From positions 1 to 44,757 of the forward strand of contig JBJMOX010000144.1 of NCBI GenBank assembly GCA_045803515.1: a DNA stretch of 44,757 nt, written 5' to 3'. Each line of letters starts with the position of its first letter. The first letter of the stretch is position 1. The stretch comes from Gemmatimonadales bacterium. Its GTDB lineage: Bacteria; Gemmatimonadota; Gemmatimonadetes; Gemmatimonadales; GWC2-71-9. The translations under genes were made by a program, and so were the position numbers. The notes beneath the pieces are model-generated. The model worked only from the letters and a program-made list of their open reading frames with translations, had not been told where the DNA came from and made no database searches. Positions 28,791-38,011 of this stretch are shown here, piece by piece.

Positions 28791-29143
28791 TGCGAAACGC
28801 CTGGGCCGCGCTCCTGCTGCTGGCGCTGCTGGCTGGCGGCACCCCCGCGGTCGTCCAAGGGCCCTCCATCAGCTTCCGCGCGGCTCGATGGGAGCCGCCA
28901 CCGTTCGCGGTTCGATTCACTCCCCGGGCCGGGGAACCTCGCCGCGATTACCGCTGGGCAGGAGCGGCCGTGGTCGGTACCGGCCTGGGGATCACGGGGG
29001 CGATCGTGGCGAGGGCGGCCTGCGGGAACTCGGAGAATGGCCCGCGGGATTGCACCGGCGTAACCATCGGCGTGGGCTTGCTGGGCGCCGCGGTGGGCGG
29101 CGCCATCGGGAATCTCATTGGACGAGCTCTTCCAAGACACTAA
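28790..29143 (+). CDS. Hypothetical signal-peptide/glycine-rich membrane protein
   Basis: TGATG coupling; MRNAWAALLLLALL signal; two Gly-rich hydrophobic helices flanking a Cys pair. Confidence 0.6.
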   Translation: MRNAWAALLLLALLAGGTPAVVQGPSISFRAARWEPPPFAVRFTPRAGEPRRDYRWAGAAVVGTGLGITGAIVARAACGNSENGPRDCTGVTIGVGLLGAAVGGAIGNLIGRALPRH

Positions 29144-29162
29144 ATTGGGCCACTCCCAACCG

Positions 29163-29810
29163 ATGAGTGCCGTGCTCGAGGATTCTCAGGCCAGCGCCCC
29201 CTGGTCAGCACCGGAGCCGAAGGCAGCCCGCCCTTCCGCGGAGTTCGAGCCGCTCTTCGGGGCCGTCGCCGGCACGGCGTTCGGCATCGCGGTGCGTCTC
29301 ACGCGCAACCAAGCGGATGCCGAGGACCTGGTCCAGGAGGCGGCCTTGCTCGCCTTCCGGGCGTTTGGCTCCTTCGAGCCGGGCACCAACTTCCGCGCCT
29401 GGTTCTTCAAGATCCTGACCAACTGCTACTTCTCGAAGCGCCGGCGGGAGAAGAGCCGGCCGGTCACATCCGACCTCGACGACACGCCCGATCTCTACCT
29501 CTACGCCCGTTCCGCCGAAGCAGGGTTTCCCACCCAGGGCCCGGACCCGGCGGCGCAGCTCCTTGACCAGCTGGGAACCGAGCGGGTGCTCGCCGCGATC
29601 GATCGGCTCCCCGAAGAGTACCGAGTAGTCTCGACGCTCTACTTTATGGAAGATCTGAGTTACGAGGAGATCGCCCAGGTGCTCGGCTGTCCGATCGGGA
29701 CCGTGCGGTCCCGGCTCCATCGGGGACGGAAGATGCTCCAGAAGGCCTTGTGGCAGGTCGCCGAAGAGAGCGGAATCATCAGTCATCATCCAACCGGCGC
29801 CGGCGCATGA
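29163..29810 (+). CDS. ECF sigma factor, SigR/SigH-like
   Basis: DAEDLVQE, FEPGTNFRAWFFKILTN, LPEEYR...SYEEIAQVLGCPIGTVRSRLHRGR. Confidence 0.93.
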   Translation: MSAVLEDSQASAPWSAPEPKAARPSAEFEPLFGAVAGTAFGIAVRLTRNQADAEDLVQEAALLAFRAFGSFEPGTNFRAWFFKILTNCYFSKRRREKSRPVTSDLDDTPDLYLYARSAEAGFPTQGPDPAAQLLDQLGTERVLAAIDRLPEEYRVVSTLYFMEDLSYEEIAQVLGCPIGTVRSRLHRGRKMLQKALWQVAEESGIISHHPTGAGA

Positions 29811-30070
29811 GCCATCCGCTGAATCGAACCACCTGCGAAGCGGCGTTCCGCCGGCTGGACGACTTCCTCGACCGGCGGCTGAGCGAGACCGAGATGCGCC
29901 TGATCCAGCAGCACCTCGAGATCTGCGCCGCCTGCGCCCACGAATTCACCTTCGAGACCAGCGTGTTGTCGGGAGTTCGACGGAAGCTGCGGCAGCTGAG
30001 CGTGCCGCCGGGCCTGCTGGCGCGCATCGCCGCGCAAATCCGGGCGGCGGGGGAGGTCGACCCGGACTAG
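29807..30070 (+). CDS. ZAS (zf-HC2) anti-sigma factor, RsrA/RshA-like
   Basis: ATGA-coupled to the sigma gene; TCEAAF...HLEICAAC (C...HxxxCxxC). Confidence 0.9.
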   Translation: MSHPLNRTTCEAAFRRLDDFLDRRLSETEMRLIQQHLEICAACAHEFTFETSVLSGVRRKLRQLSVPPGLLARIAAQIRAAGEVDPD

Positions 30071-30194
30071 TCTGTGTTGCCAGTCCCCAAGCTCACCGGC
30101 CTCACCCCCGACGCAGGCCGCTCCGGACGCCGCGAGGGGGATCCCAAGATCACCCAACGGTCGCCACTTGACTTCGGCTTGACCGGGGAATGCC

Positions 30195-30216
30195 ACTCAT
30201 TGAGCCGTCAATGAGT
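30195..30216. promoter_or_regulatory. Perfect 9-bp-arm palindrome (operator or hairpin) upstream of the RCC1 gene
   Basis: ACTCATTGA-GCCG-TCAATGAGT, just downstream of TTGACT and TTGACC hexamers. Confidence 0.45.
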
Positions 30217-30324
30217 TCTCCCGTTCCGGGCAGGGGCGGCCGCAGGAACACCTGGTGCCACGACTTCTGAGCACTGCCCAGGAGCTCACCCGAGCCGCTG
30301 GCACTCCTTACGCAGGAGCTCCGT

Positions 30325-31440
30325 ATGCGGCGACTCGGCTGCACCTTCTCCTCGGACGCGTGTCCGACACGCAGCGGAGGGCTGCGCCGGCTGGCTCCCG
30401 CACTCTCCGCTCTCCTGGTAGTCGCACTGGGCTGCGGAGAGGACGCGAAGTCACCGACCGCCCCGGAGCCCGGGCCGGCGCTCGCCACCACGGCGACCAC
30501 TGCGCTGGCGTTCTACCAGGTAAGCGGCGGCGGCGTCCATACCTGCGGCGTGACCACCGACAATCGAGCCTACTGCTGGGGCCGGAATCTGGTTGGCCAA
30601 CTCGGCGATGGCACGACGACCGATCGCCTGACGCCGGTCCCGGTCGCCGGCGCGCTCCGCTTCCGCCAAGTGAGCGCGGGCGACGGGTATGCCTGCGGCG
30701 TGACCACGGACGACCGGGCCTACTGCTGGGGCGACAACTCTTTCGGCCAGGTCGGCGATGGCACGATGCTCACCAATCGCTCAACGCCAGTGGCGGTCAA
30801 CGGAGGGCGCCAGTTCCGTCAGGTGAGCGCGGGCGGGGCCCACACCTGCGGCGTGACGACGTCAGACGAGGCTTTTTGCTGGGGGGTGAACGGTTACGGC
30901 CAACTCGGTGACAGCTCGACGGCTTCCCAACGTCTGACGCCTTCCCGGGTGGCTGGCACGCGCCGGTTCCGCCAGGTGGACGCGGGCGAACTCCACACCT
31001 GCGGCGTGACCACCAATGACCGGGCCTTCTGCTGGGGATATGGCCGAAACGGACAGATTGGCGATGGGAAGACCTACCTGCGCTTTTGGCCAAGGGCGGT
31101 GGCCGGCGGGCTCAGCTTCGAGCGCGTGAGCGCGGGCGTGCTCCACACCTGCGGCGAGACCACGTTGAACCGGGCCTACTGCTGGGGTGACAATGGCTTC
31201 GGTCAGCTCGGCAACGGCACGAACACGGGGCCAGAGACATGCCACTACGGTCCCTGCAGCACCAGGCCGGTCGCGGTCGCCGGCGGGCGCTTCTTCAAAC
31301 AAGTGAGCGCGGGCGTCCGGCACACCTGCGGCAGCACCGCCGCCGCCGCCTACTGCTGGGGCGGCAACTCTTTCGGCCAGGTCGGCGATGGCACGACGAC
31401 CGATCGCCTGACGCCGGTCCCGGTCGCGGGGGCGATGTGA
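30325..31440 (+). CDS. RCC1/BLIP-II repeat beta-propeller lipoprotein
   Basis: LVVALGC lipobox; six repeats of QVSAG..HTCGVT....YCWG.N..GQLGDG...TPV.V. Confidence 0.92.
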   Translation: MRRLGCTFSSDACPTRSGGLRRLAPALSALLVVALGCGEDAKSPTAPEPGPALATTATTALAFYQVSGGGVHTCGVTTDNRAYCWGRNLVGQLGDGTTTDRLTPVPVAGALRFRQVSAGDGYACGVTTDDRAYCWGDNSFGQVGDGTMLTNRSTPVAVNGGRQFRQVSAGGAHTCGVTTSDEAFCWGVNGYGQLGDSSTASQRLTPSRVAGTRRFRQVDAGELHTCGVTTNDRAFCWGYGRNGQIGDGKTYLRFWPRAVAGGLSFERVSAGVLHTCGETTLNRAYCWGDNGFGQLGNGTNTGPETCHYGPCSTRPVAVAGGRFFKQVSAGVRHTCGSTAAAAYCWGGNSFGQVGDGTTTDRLTPVPVAGAM

Positions 31441-31462
31441 ACGTCAGTCCGACGCCAGGGTA

Positions 31463-31493
31463 GCGCCGACCCGTTCACCACTCGGGTCGGCGC
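31463..31493. terminator. GC-rich hairpin between convergent genes
   Basis: GCGCCGACCCG-N9-CGGGTCGGCGC, an 11-bp perfect stem without a U-tract. Confidence 0.45.
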
Positions 31494-31579
31494 CGATGGT
31501 GCATCAAGGTGATGCGGAGCAGTGCTAGGCTGGATGCGGCGGCACCTCGGCGGAGCATACCGAGAAGCGAGAGGAGGGT

Positions 31580-32416
31580 CTAGCCGCTTACCGCCGTGCT
31601 CGCCGCGCGAAGCGCCGCGATCGCCCCACGCTCGAGTCCCATCCCCTCGAGCAACTCGTCCGAGAGCGTCGCCAGCCCGGACCGCAGCGTGGCGAGGTCG
31701 ATCGAGGACGGGCTGAGCAGCTCCAGCGTGTCCAGTCCGCGCGCCCTGCCGAAATCTGGGCACCGCGCGATGACGGTCTGCGAGAGCAGCGCGGACGAGA
31801 AGTCCGCGCCCGCCAGCGCCGTCCCGTTCAGGACCGCGAAGGTGAGGTCGGTATGGCGCAGCGACGCTTCCTCCAGGTCGACCGCATTGAACAGCGCGCT
31901 CACCAGCATGGCGTAACTCAGATCGGCGCCACGCAAGTTGGAATAGCTGAAGTTGGCTTCGGTCAGATTGGCCCCGGTGAGGTCGGATCCGGAGAGATCG
32001 ACGTGGGTCAGGTCGATCCGCCGCATCTCGGCGTCGGCGAAGATCGAGGCGGACAGGTTCGAGTTTTTGAGGTTGACCCGGGTGAGCTCGGCGCCGCGAA
32101 AATCGGTGCGGGCGGGCCCGCTCTGGTCCAGGGACACCGCCTGGAGGCGGGCGTCGGCCAGGATTGCGTTCTGGAAGCTCGCGCCCGCGAGGCTGGCGAG
32201 GGTGATATCCGCACCGGCCAGGTTGGCATCATCGAACACCGCATCCCGGAGATCCGCCTGGCAGAGGTCGGCCGCCCGAAGGTCCGCGCCCCTGAGGTCC
32301 GCTCCGCGGAGATCGGCGTAGAGCAGGACGGCGTTGGCCAGCTCGGCGCCGGCGAGCGTCTGCCCGGGATACTCGAGCAGGGAATCACCGGTTTCCCGGT
32401 GGCGGATCGTGATCAT
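31580..32416 (-). CDS. Pentapeptide repeat protein
   Basis: ADLRG-ADLRG-ADLRA-ADLCQ-ADLRD... A[DN]L repeats throughout. Confidence 0.93.
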   Translation of the reverse strand: MITIRHRETGDSLLEYPGQTLAGAELANAVLLYADLRGADLRGADLRAADLCQADLRDAVFDDANLAGADITLASLAGASFQNAILADARLQAVSLDQSGPARTDFRGAELTRVNLKNSNLSASIFADAEMRRIDLTHVDLSGSDLTGANLTEANFSYSNLRGADLSYAMLVSALFNAVDLEEASLRHTDLTFAVLNGTALAGADFSSALLSQTVIARCPDFGRARGLDTLELLSPSSIDLATLRSGLATLSDELLEGMGLERGAIAALRAASTAVSG

Positions 32417-32580
32417 GGGGTCGGCCTGGAGAGAAACCAGCCGGCGTAGTACTCGGCCCAGTCCTGGCTCGGCGCCTTCGCCCGATGCTCGGCGTCCGCG
32501 GTTCTGAGCTGCTCGGCGAGCGCGTCCGGCGCCAGCGCGACGCCGAGCAGCTCCGCGATTCTCCTCTTGGAATCGCTCAT
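32413..32580 (-). CDS. Small hypothetical protein (55 aa)
   Basis: ATGA overlaps at both ends, GAGG upstream; C-terminal DWAEYYAGWF. Confidence 0.5.
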   Translation of the reverse strand: MSDSKRRIAELLGVALAPDALAEQLRTADAEHRAKAPSQDWAEYYAGWFLSRPTP

Positions 32581-32864
32581 CGATCCTCGCGCCTCGGCCG
32601 AGCACCCTCGCGCTCGCCGCCGCGCTCGCTCCCGCCCCGGAACTCGAAATGCGCGTCCAGCAGGAGCCGGCCGCGAATGGCGACGTCGTTTCCGCGGAGC
32701 AGCCACCCCGCGAGTACCCGATCGGCGAGGGTGGCCGCCGACTCCCACCGCTCCGGCCGGATGCCGGGATACCGGTGCGCATGCTCCGGCCGGACCCGGG
32801 CCTCGCGCGGTGCATGCGCGCCCGCGCTTATGAGGGTTCCCTCGACGTCGGTCGATGGAAACAT
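32577..32864 (-). CDS. Small hypothetical protein (REARVRPEHAHRYPG...HFEFRGG type)
   Basis: GAGAGG RBS just after the dehydrogenase stop; resembles a small protein type I associate with Gemmatimonadales (recollection, unverified). Confidence 0.6.
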   Translation of the reverse strand: MFPSTDVEGTLISAGAHAPREARVRPEHAHRYPGIRPERWESAATLADRVLAGWLLRGNDVAIRGRLLLDAHFEFRGGSERGGEREGARPRREDR

Positions 32865-32872
32865 ATGCCCTC

Positions 32873-34066
32873 TCAGATTTCGGCGACTTCGCAGTAGACC
32901 TTGATGGCGCCTTTGGCGTTGGTCAAGGTGTCCAGCAGTTGCTGCCAGTTTTCCAATCCCTTGACCGGATGGGTGAGCAGCCGCTTGAGCCATCCGGGGT
33001 ACTGCGCCTCGGCGTGGGCGAGATCCTTCACGCCCATCTCGAAATACTCGCGGTTTGCGTTGACCGTGCCCACCATGACCTTGTTCCCCAGCACGAACTC
33101 CAGGTTGATCCGGTCGGCAGGCACCTGGATCATCTTGTCTCCGCCCGTGACGCTCGACAGCACCAGGACGCCGTTCTTCCCCAGCGCCTGCATGCTTTCG
33201 AACACCACCGGGGAGGCGCCTGTGGCCTCGAAGATCAGGTCGAACGGGCCATATTTCCTGCCACCCTCGAGTATCGGCAGGGTGGCCGTCGACTCGTAGC
33301 GTGCCCCCAGCGCCTCGATCAGATCGGAGTTGAGATAGGGCTTGGGAGTCCGGCCGAAGACCGTCACCTCGAGTCCGCGGAGCCGGAGCGCCATGGCCGC
33401 GAGCAGCCCGATCGTCCCTGCCCCCATGACCGCGACCTTCCGCGGCCGCCAGACCCGGAGCCGGCGCTGGATCTCGTAGGCCTGCGCGATCCCCTTCTCC
33501 ACGACCGTTGTCGGCTCGAGGAGCACGCCAACGTCGCGCAGCTCGCAGGGAATCTTCACGATGTATTCGGGGTCGTCCACGTAGTACTCGGTGAGGAATC
33601 CATGCCGCAGATTGATTCCCCGCTCGAAGTATACGTCGTCGGTCGTCATGTCATAGGTGCCGATCCGGTCGTAGATGCTCGAGCCGGGCCGGCGCACGGT
33701 GGCCACGACGTAGTCCCCGGGGGCGAACTCGGTGACATTGGGGCCGACCGCCTCCACCCGGCCGAAGCCCTCGTGTCCGGTCACCAGAAAATCGTACCCC
33801 GGAGGCGCCGCGCCATACTCGGCCGCGTTGATCTCCTTGTCGGTCCCATCCACGCCCACACGCAGCACCTTCACCAGCACGCCGCGGCCGTCGGGAATCT
33901 CGTCCACCGACGGCTTCGGGAGTTGCGCCAGGTGCATCGAGTTGGGGATGCCGGGGCGGACGGCCACCGCATTCATCACGGACCGGGTGGGCTCCGGGGT
34001 GGCAGCGGCTGGCGCGCGCTTGGAGGCCGACACCGTGGGGCCGCCGGCGCGATCACTGCTGGGCAT
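32873..34066 (-). CDS. Glucose 1-dehydrogenase, archaeal-type zinc MDR family
   Basis: [47 protein letters not shown]; AAGGAG RBS. Confidence 0.85.
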   Translation of the reverse strand: MPSSDRAGGPTVSASKRAPAAATPEPTRSVMNAVAVRPGIPNSMHLAQLPKPSVDEIPDGRGVLVKVLRVGVDGTDKEINAAEYGAAPPGYDFLVTGHEGFGRVEAVGPNVTEFAPGDYVVATVRRPGSSIYDRIGTYDMTTDDVYFERGINLRHGFLTEYYVDDPEYIVKIPCELRDVGVLLEPTTVVEKGIAQAYEIQRRLRVWRPRKVAVMGAGTIGLLAAMALRLRGLEVTVFGRTPKPYLNSDLIEALGARYESTATLPILEGGRKYGPFDLIFEATGASPVVFESMQALGKNGVLVLSSVTGGDKMIQVPADRINLEFVLGNKVMVGTVNANREYFEMGVKDLAHAEAQYPGWLKRLLTHPVKGLENWQQLLDTLTNAKGAIKVYCEVAEI

Positions 34067-35168
34067 GGACTTCTCCTTCGTGTTCTACGAGTTGGATGAC
34101 GTGACCGTCGGGATCGCGGACCAGGATGCCGCGCTGAAAGCCGAGCGCGGTGTCAGGCAGCTCCACCGGTGCGGGAGAGAGGAGGCGGAAACGGCCTCGC
34201 CGGGCGGCGGCGGCCGCGGTGCCGGCATCGGGCACCCACAGCGTGGTCTGCCAGTGGACCAGATCGTTCGCCCGCTCGTCGCCGGGATAGGGCCGGCCGT
34301 CCCGCGGGTTCAGGTACTCGAGGAACTCGATCCCCGGCCCCGCCGGAGCGCGCAGCGCGGTAATGTGCAGCCGCGCGCCCTGCACGTTGTTCAGATGCTC
34401 CTGCTCGGTTCCAAAGTTCATGCTTTCCCCCGCCACCCGAAAGCCGAGCACGTCGCGATAGAACGCCAGGCTGGCCTTGGTGTCGCTCACCACGATAGCA
34501 GTGTGGTCGATGCCCAGGAACAACCGTTCACTCGCTGCGTGCCACTTCGGGTCCCCCTTGTCCGGCGGGAACTGTAGCACCTCCAGCGGGTGGCCGTCGG
34601 GGTCGCGAAAGTAGAAGGCCCGGATGCCCGCCGCGCCGGGGATGGTCTTGGGCAGGAGCTGGGGACCGGTGGAGGCGTGCTGCACCTTGTTCAGGCGCAG
34701 GCGGGCGTAGGCGCTGTCCATGTCGCTCACGATGATGGCGACATGCTGGAACCAGCGGTCGTTGCTGCGGGAGTCGACCGGCGCGGGACGCCCATGCGGC
34801 GCGAGATATTCGGTGAGCTGAAGATACTCTTCGCCGAGCCTCAGGCGCACCACCCGCATCCTGACGCCGAAGACGCCCTCCAGCTCCTCATAGGCGCTAC
34901 CCGCCACCTCGTCGTCCGACACCTTCTGAAAATCCAGCACCGAGGTGTAGAAGGCGATCGACCGATCCATGTCGCCGACGGTGAGGCCCACCATTGCTAC
35001 CGCCTGGGCCGGCGCCATGGCAGCGCCCTCTCCAGCCGGCTGTTGCGGAACCGCGCCGCGGCCGGACCAGGGATGGCTGGTTTGTGCCTCCAGGGAAGCC
35101 GCGCCGAGAACGGCAGCCGCGACCAGCGACCAGCGGAGCACCAACGCGGTCCTCCCGGGCGCGTTCAT
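34053..35168 (-). CDS. Secreted two-domain VOC/glyoxalase-family protein
   Basis: Signal peptide; [43 protein letters not shown]. Confidence 0.88.
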   Translation of the reverse strand: MNAPGRTALVLRWSLVAAAVLGAASLEAQTSHPWSGRGAVPQQPAGEGAAMAPAQAVAMVGLTVGDMDRSIAFYTSVLDFQKVSDDEVAGSAYEELEGVFGVRMRVVRLRLGEEYLQLTEYLAPHGRPAPVDSRSNDRWFQHVAIIVSDMDSAYARLRLNKVQHASTGPQLLPKTIPGAAGIRAFYFRDPDGHPLEVLQFPPDKGDPKWHAASERLFLGIDHTAIVVSDTKASLAFYRDVLGFRVAGESMNFGTEQEHLNNVQGARLHITALRAPAGPGIEFLEYLNPRDGRPYPGDERANDLVHWQTTLWVPDAGTAAAAARRGRFRLLSPAPVELPDTALGFQRGILVRDPDGHVIQLVEHEGEVHAQQ

Positions 35169-36781
35169 GCCGGGACACTCGCCGTCTGACCCGCGGCGGC
35201 CTGGCTGCGACGTGTGCTGAGCTGCTCGAGGATCCGGTCTCCCACGCGGAGCGCATTGGCCATGATCGTGAGCGCGGGGTTCACCGCCCCGCTGGACGGG
35301 AAGAAGCTCCCATCGACCACATAGAGGTTGTCCACTTCGTGCGCCCGGCAGTCGGTGTTCAGGGCCGAGGTCCTGGGATCGCGCCCGAAGCGAATGGTGC
35401 CGTTCTGGTGCGCCACGCCCGCCAGCGGAATGCGCTGGCCGAGGAACAGGTTGCGGGCGAAGAGGCCCTGGTGGCAGCCGTCGCCGTGCACCGCGCACTT
35501 GGTCTGCTGCTGCATCAGGTGCTCCAGCTTCTGGATGAGCCGCCGGTGGGCCTCTCCGTTGTTCGGCGTGTAGCTCAGCACGATCTTCCCCTCACGATCG
35601 AGAGTGACCCGGTTGTCGGGATCGGGGAGATCTTCCGAGGTGAGCCAGAAGTCGAGCGAGTGCTTTCCCATCAGCTCCAGGGTCCATCCCGGGGCGATCG
35701 CCGGCGCACCGGCCGAGAGCGTGGCGCCGTCCAGTTTGCCGACGAAGGAGATATGGCCCATGGGGAACTGCCACTCCGGCGAGCCGAAGTAGAAGTCGTT
35801 CACTCCCAGGGTCTTCTGGAACACGGTCGGGTTGGGGCACTTGGACAGTGCCATCAGGACCGAGTTGACGTGCCCCATGTAGTGGCGGCCCACCACGTCC
35901 GAGCCGTTGGCCAGGCCGCGGGGATGCTGATCGCTCATCGAGCGTAGCAGCAGCGCCGCGGAGTTGATGGCCCCGGCGGAGACCACGACCACATCGGCCG
36001 AATAGCTCTCCCGGGTGCCATCCCGCTCGACCAGCACGCGCGTGACCTCTCGGCCCGAGGCGCTGGTCTCCAGCCGCGAGACGTAGGCACCCGTGAGCAG
36101 CGTCGCGTTGGGGTACTGCAGCGCCGGATCCACGCAGACCACCTGCGCGTCCGACTTGGCCTGGACCAGGCAGGGATGGCCGTCGCAGGTGGCGCAGCGG
36201 ATGCAGCGGCTCTGCCGCCGGTTCGACTCGTCGAGCATGATCCCCAGCGGCACCGGGAAAGGACGGAGGCCCAGGCGGGAGAAGTCGTCGCTCAGCTGCT
36301 GAATCCGCGGCTCGTGACTCACCGCAGGGTACGCGTAGGGCGCGCTGGCCGGCGGATCGGTCGGATCGGCCCCGCGTTGACCGTGCACCTGGTAGAGGCG
36401 CTCGGCCTCGGTGTAGTAGGGCTCGAGCTCGTCGTAGCTGATCGGCCACGCCGGCGAGATGCCGCCGTGGTGCTTGAGCTCGCCGAAGTCCTCCCGCCTG
36501 AGCCGGAAGAGCGCGGCGCCGTAGAATTTCGTGTTGCCGCCCACCCAGTAGTTGGTATGCGGATGCAGGTCCTTTCCATCCGTGTCTCGCCAGTGCTCCT
36601 TGGTCTGATATCTCCCGTCGACGTTGACCGCCCGGGTGTTCCAGTTCTCCGGCTCCCGCGGCACGTAGTCGCCACGCTCGAGGAGCAGGATCCGCTTGCC
36701 CGAGGGTGCGAGCCGGTGAAACAGCGTGCCGCCGCCCGCGCCGGAGCCGATGATGATGACGTCGTAGTGAGAGGAAGACAT
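35165..36781 (-). CDS. GMC-family flavoprotein oxidoreductase with Cys cluster
   Basis: IIGSGAGG, VGGNTKFYGA, CIRCATCDGHPC, SAGAINS, HQNGT, VNPALTI. Confidence 0.93.
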   Translation of the reverse strand: MSSSHYDVIIIGSGAGGGTLFHRLAPSGKRILLLERGDYVPREPENWNTRAVNVDGRYQTKEHWRDTDGKDLHPHTNYWVGGNTKFYGAALFRLRREDFGELKHHGGISPAWPISYDELEPYYTEAERLYQVHGQRGADPTDPPASAPYAYPAVSHEPRIQQLSDDFSRLGLRPFPVPLGIMLDESNRRQSRCIRCATCDGHPCLVQAKSDAQVVCVDPALQYPNATLLTGAYVSRLETSASGREVTRVLVERDGTRESYSADVVVVSAGAINSAALLLRSMSDQHPRGLANGSDVVGRHYMGHVNSVLMALSKCPNPTVFQKTLGVNDFYFGSPEWQFPMGHISFVGKLDGATLSAGAPAIAPGWTLELMGKHSLDFWLTSEDLPDPDNRVTLDREGKIVLSYTPNNGEAHRRLIQKLEHLMQQQTKCAVHGDGCHQGLFARNLFLGQRIPLAGVAHQNGTIRFGRDPRTSALNTDCRAHEVDNLYVVDGSFFPSSGAVNPALTIMANALRVGDRILEQLSTRRSQAAAGQTASVPA

Positions 36782-36785
36782 GGGA

Positions 36786-37958
36786 CTACCTGCTGCTCAT
36801 TGGGTCGGTGCTCGGCGTGACGGTGAGCCGCAGCACCTCGTTGGTACGGGGGTAGCTGAATCTATCATGGACATGGGCGATGCCCTGGTGCTCCACCATC
36901 CCGGCGTCCGGCGTCTTCTGCCGGGGACCTTGGTTGGGGCCCAGCCCGGGCTCCTCGTTCGCTTCGGTGCCGGCATCCCAGAGCGCGAGCTGCCGCGTCA
37001 TGTCGCCGGTGACCGGCTTGCCAGCCGCGTCGAACAAGGCGATCGGCCGGTCGTTGGAGTAGAACAGATCGTTCGATTGGCCGAACATCCAGGCCAGCGA
37101 GAGGGCCTGGCCCGGCGCGGCGTTCACTTCGAACGAGTAGCCCTTTCCCGGGGGGATGGGCCCGCCGGCGTCGGAGCCGACCGGTCGGTCGTCGGCACCC
37201 ACCGCCGCCACGCCGGCAGCCCCGGTGAGGGACTTGGCCAGGGGCGCCGGGTTCCCGGTCTCGGCCAGCGTCTCCAATCCCTTTCCGGCGTCGACCCGGC
37301 CGGCGACGAAGATCGGGTTCGCGGTCCCGGTATGCACCGCCCACAGCACGGGAGCGGAGACGAACGGAGCAGTCTTGCCGTTGGACAGCTTGAGCACTTC
37401 ACCCTGCGAGATGTTCTCGACTGTGATCGTGAACGTGGTGGTGGCCGGCGCACTTTGCCCACTCGTGAGTGGCGCCGTGGCGAAGTTGACGCTGAAGCGG
37501 TGACACCAGATCGTGACGGCGCGGTACTTGGTGAGGTCGGCGCCGGCGGGGATCTCGTAGTTCTGGTCGCCCTGGTTGCCCTTGAGCCTTCCGAGCTCGA
37601 TATAGCCGGCCTTGGTAACGGTCGCGTTGTCCGAGGCGTCCTGAGCCGCCACCAGGTAGACCCGGACATCCGGGCCGTTGGACGTCGCGAAGTCAGTCAA
37701 TCGCAACACCCGACGGCCACCGCCGAGATCGTGCACCGACGCGTTGCCCTTGGTCTCGTGGGCCACCGAGTGGAACTGCCCGGCCAGGATGCTCGCCGGC
37801 GCCGTGGCGCCCTCGCTCGATGATCCCGCCGTGGAAGCACTGGCGGTGACGAGCCCTTCATTGACCTTCTTGTTCACCAACAGCAGCTCCGGGCGGAACA
37901 GGTACCATCCTACCCCACCCAGCACGACCAGACCCAGAATCCAGGTGCGCCGTTTCAT
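36786..37958 (-). CDS. Membrane-anchored DM13 domain / Spondin_N domain fusion
   Basis: N-terminal TM helix; DM13 (GQFHSVAHETKG...NGPDVRVYL...LKGNQGDQNY...IWCHRFSVNFA), then Spondin_N (FTITVENIS...GLETLAETG...MFGQSNDLF...WDAGTE). Confidence 0.85.
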   Translation of the reverse strand: MKRRTWILGLVVLGGVGWYLFRPELLLVNKKVNEGLVTASASTAGSSSEGATAPASILAGQFHSVAHETKGNASVHDLGGGRRVLRLTDFATSNGPDVRVYLVAAQDASDNATVTKAGYIELGRLKGNQGDQNYEIPAGADLTKYRAVTIWCHRFSVNFATAPLTSGQSAPATTTFTITVENISQGEVLKLSNGKTAPFVSAPVLWAVHTGTANPIFVAGRVDAGKGLETLAETGNPAPLAKSLTGAAGVAAVGADDRPVGSDAGGPIPPGKGYSFEVNAAPGQALSLAWMFGQSNDLFYSNDRPIALFDAAGKPVTGDMTRQLALWDAGTEANEEPGLGPNQGPRQKTPDAGMVEHQGIAHVHDRFSYPRTNEVLRLTVTPSTDPMSSR

Positions 37959-38011
37959 CCTTCGATCTCCTTGAGCAGTGGCGGAACCGAATGTGACCCC
38001 GAGGACGCGGG

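Noticed and set aside
30602-31427. Possible diversity-generating retroelement TR/VR pair
   Set aside because: Both copies are in-frame protein repeats with just one A/G difference, and no reverse transcriptase is present in the window
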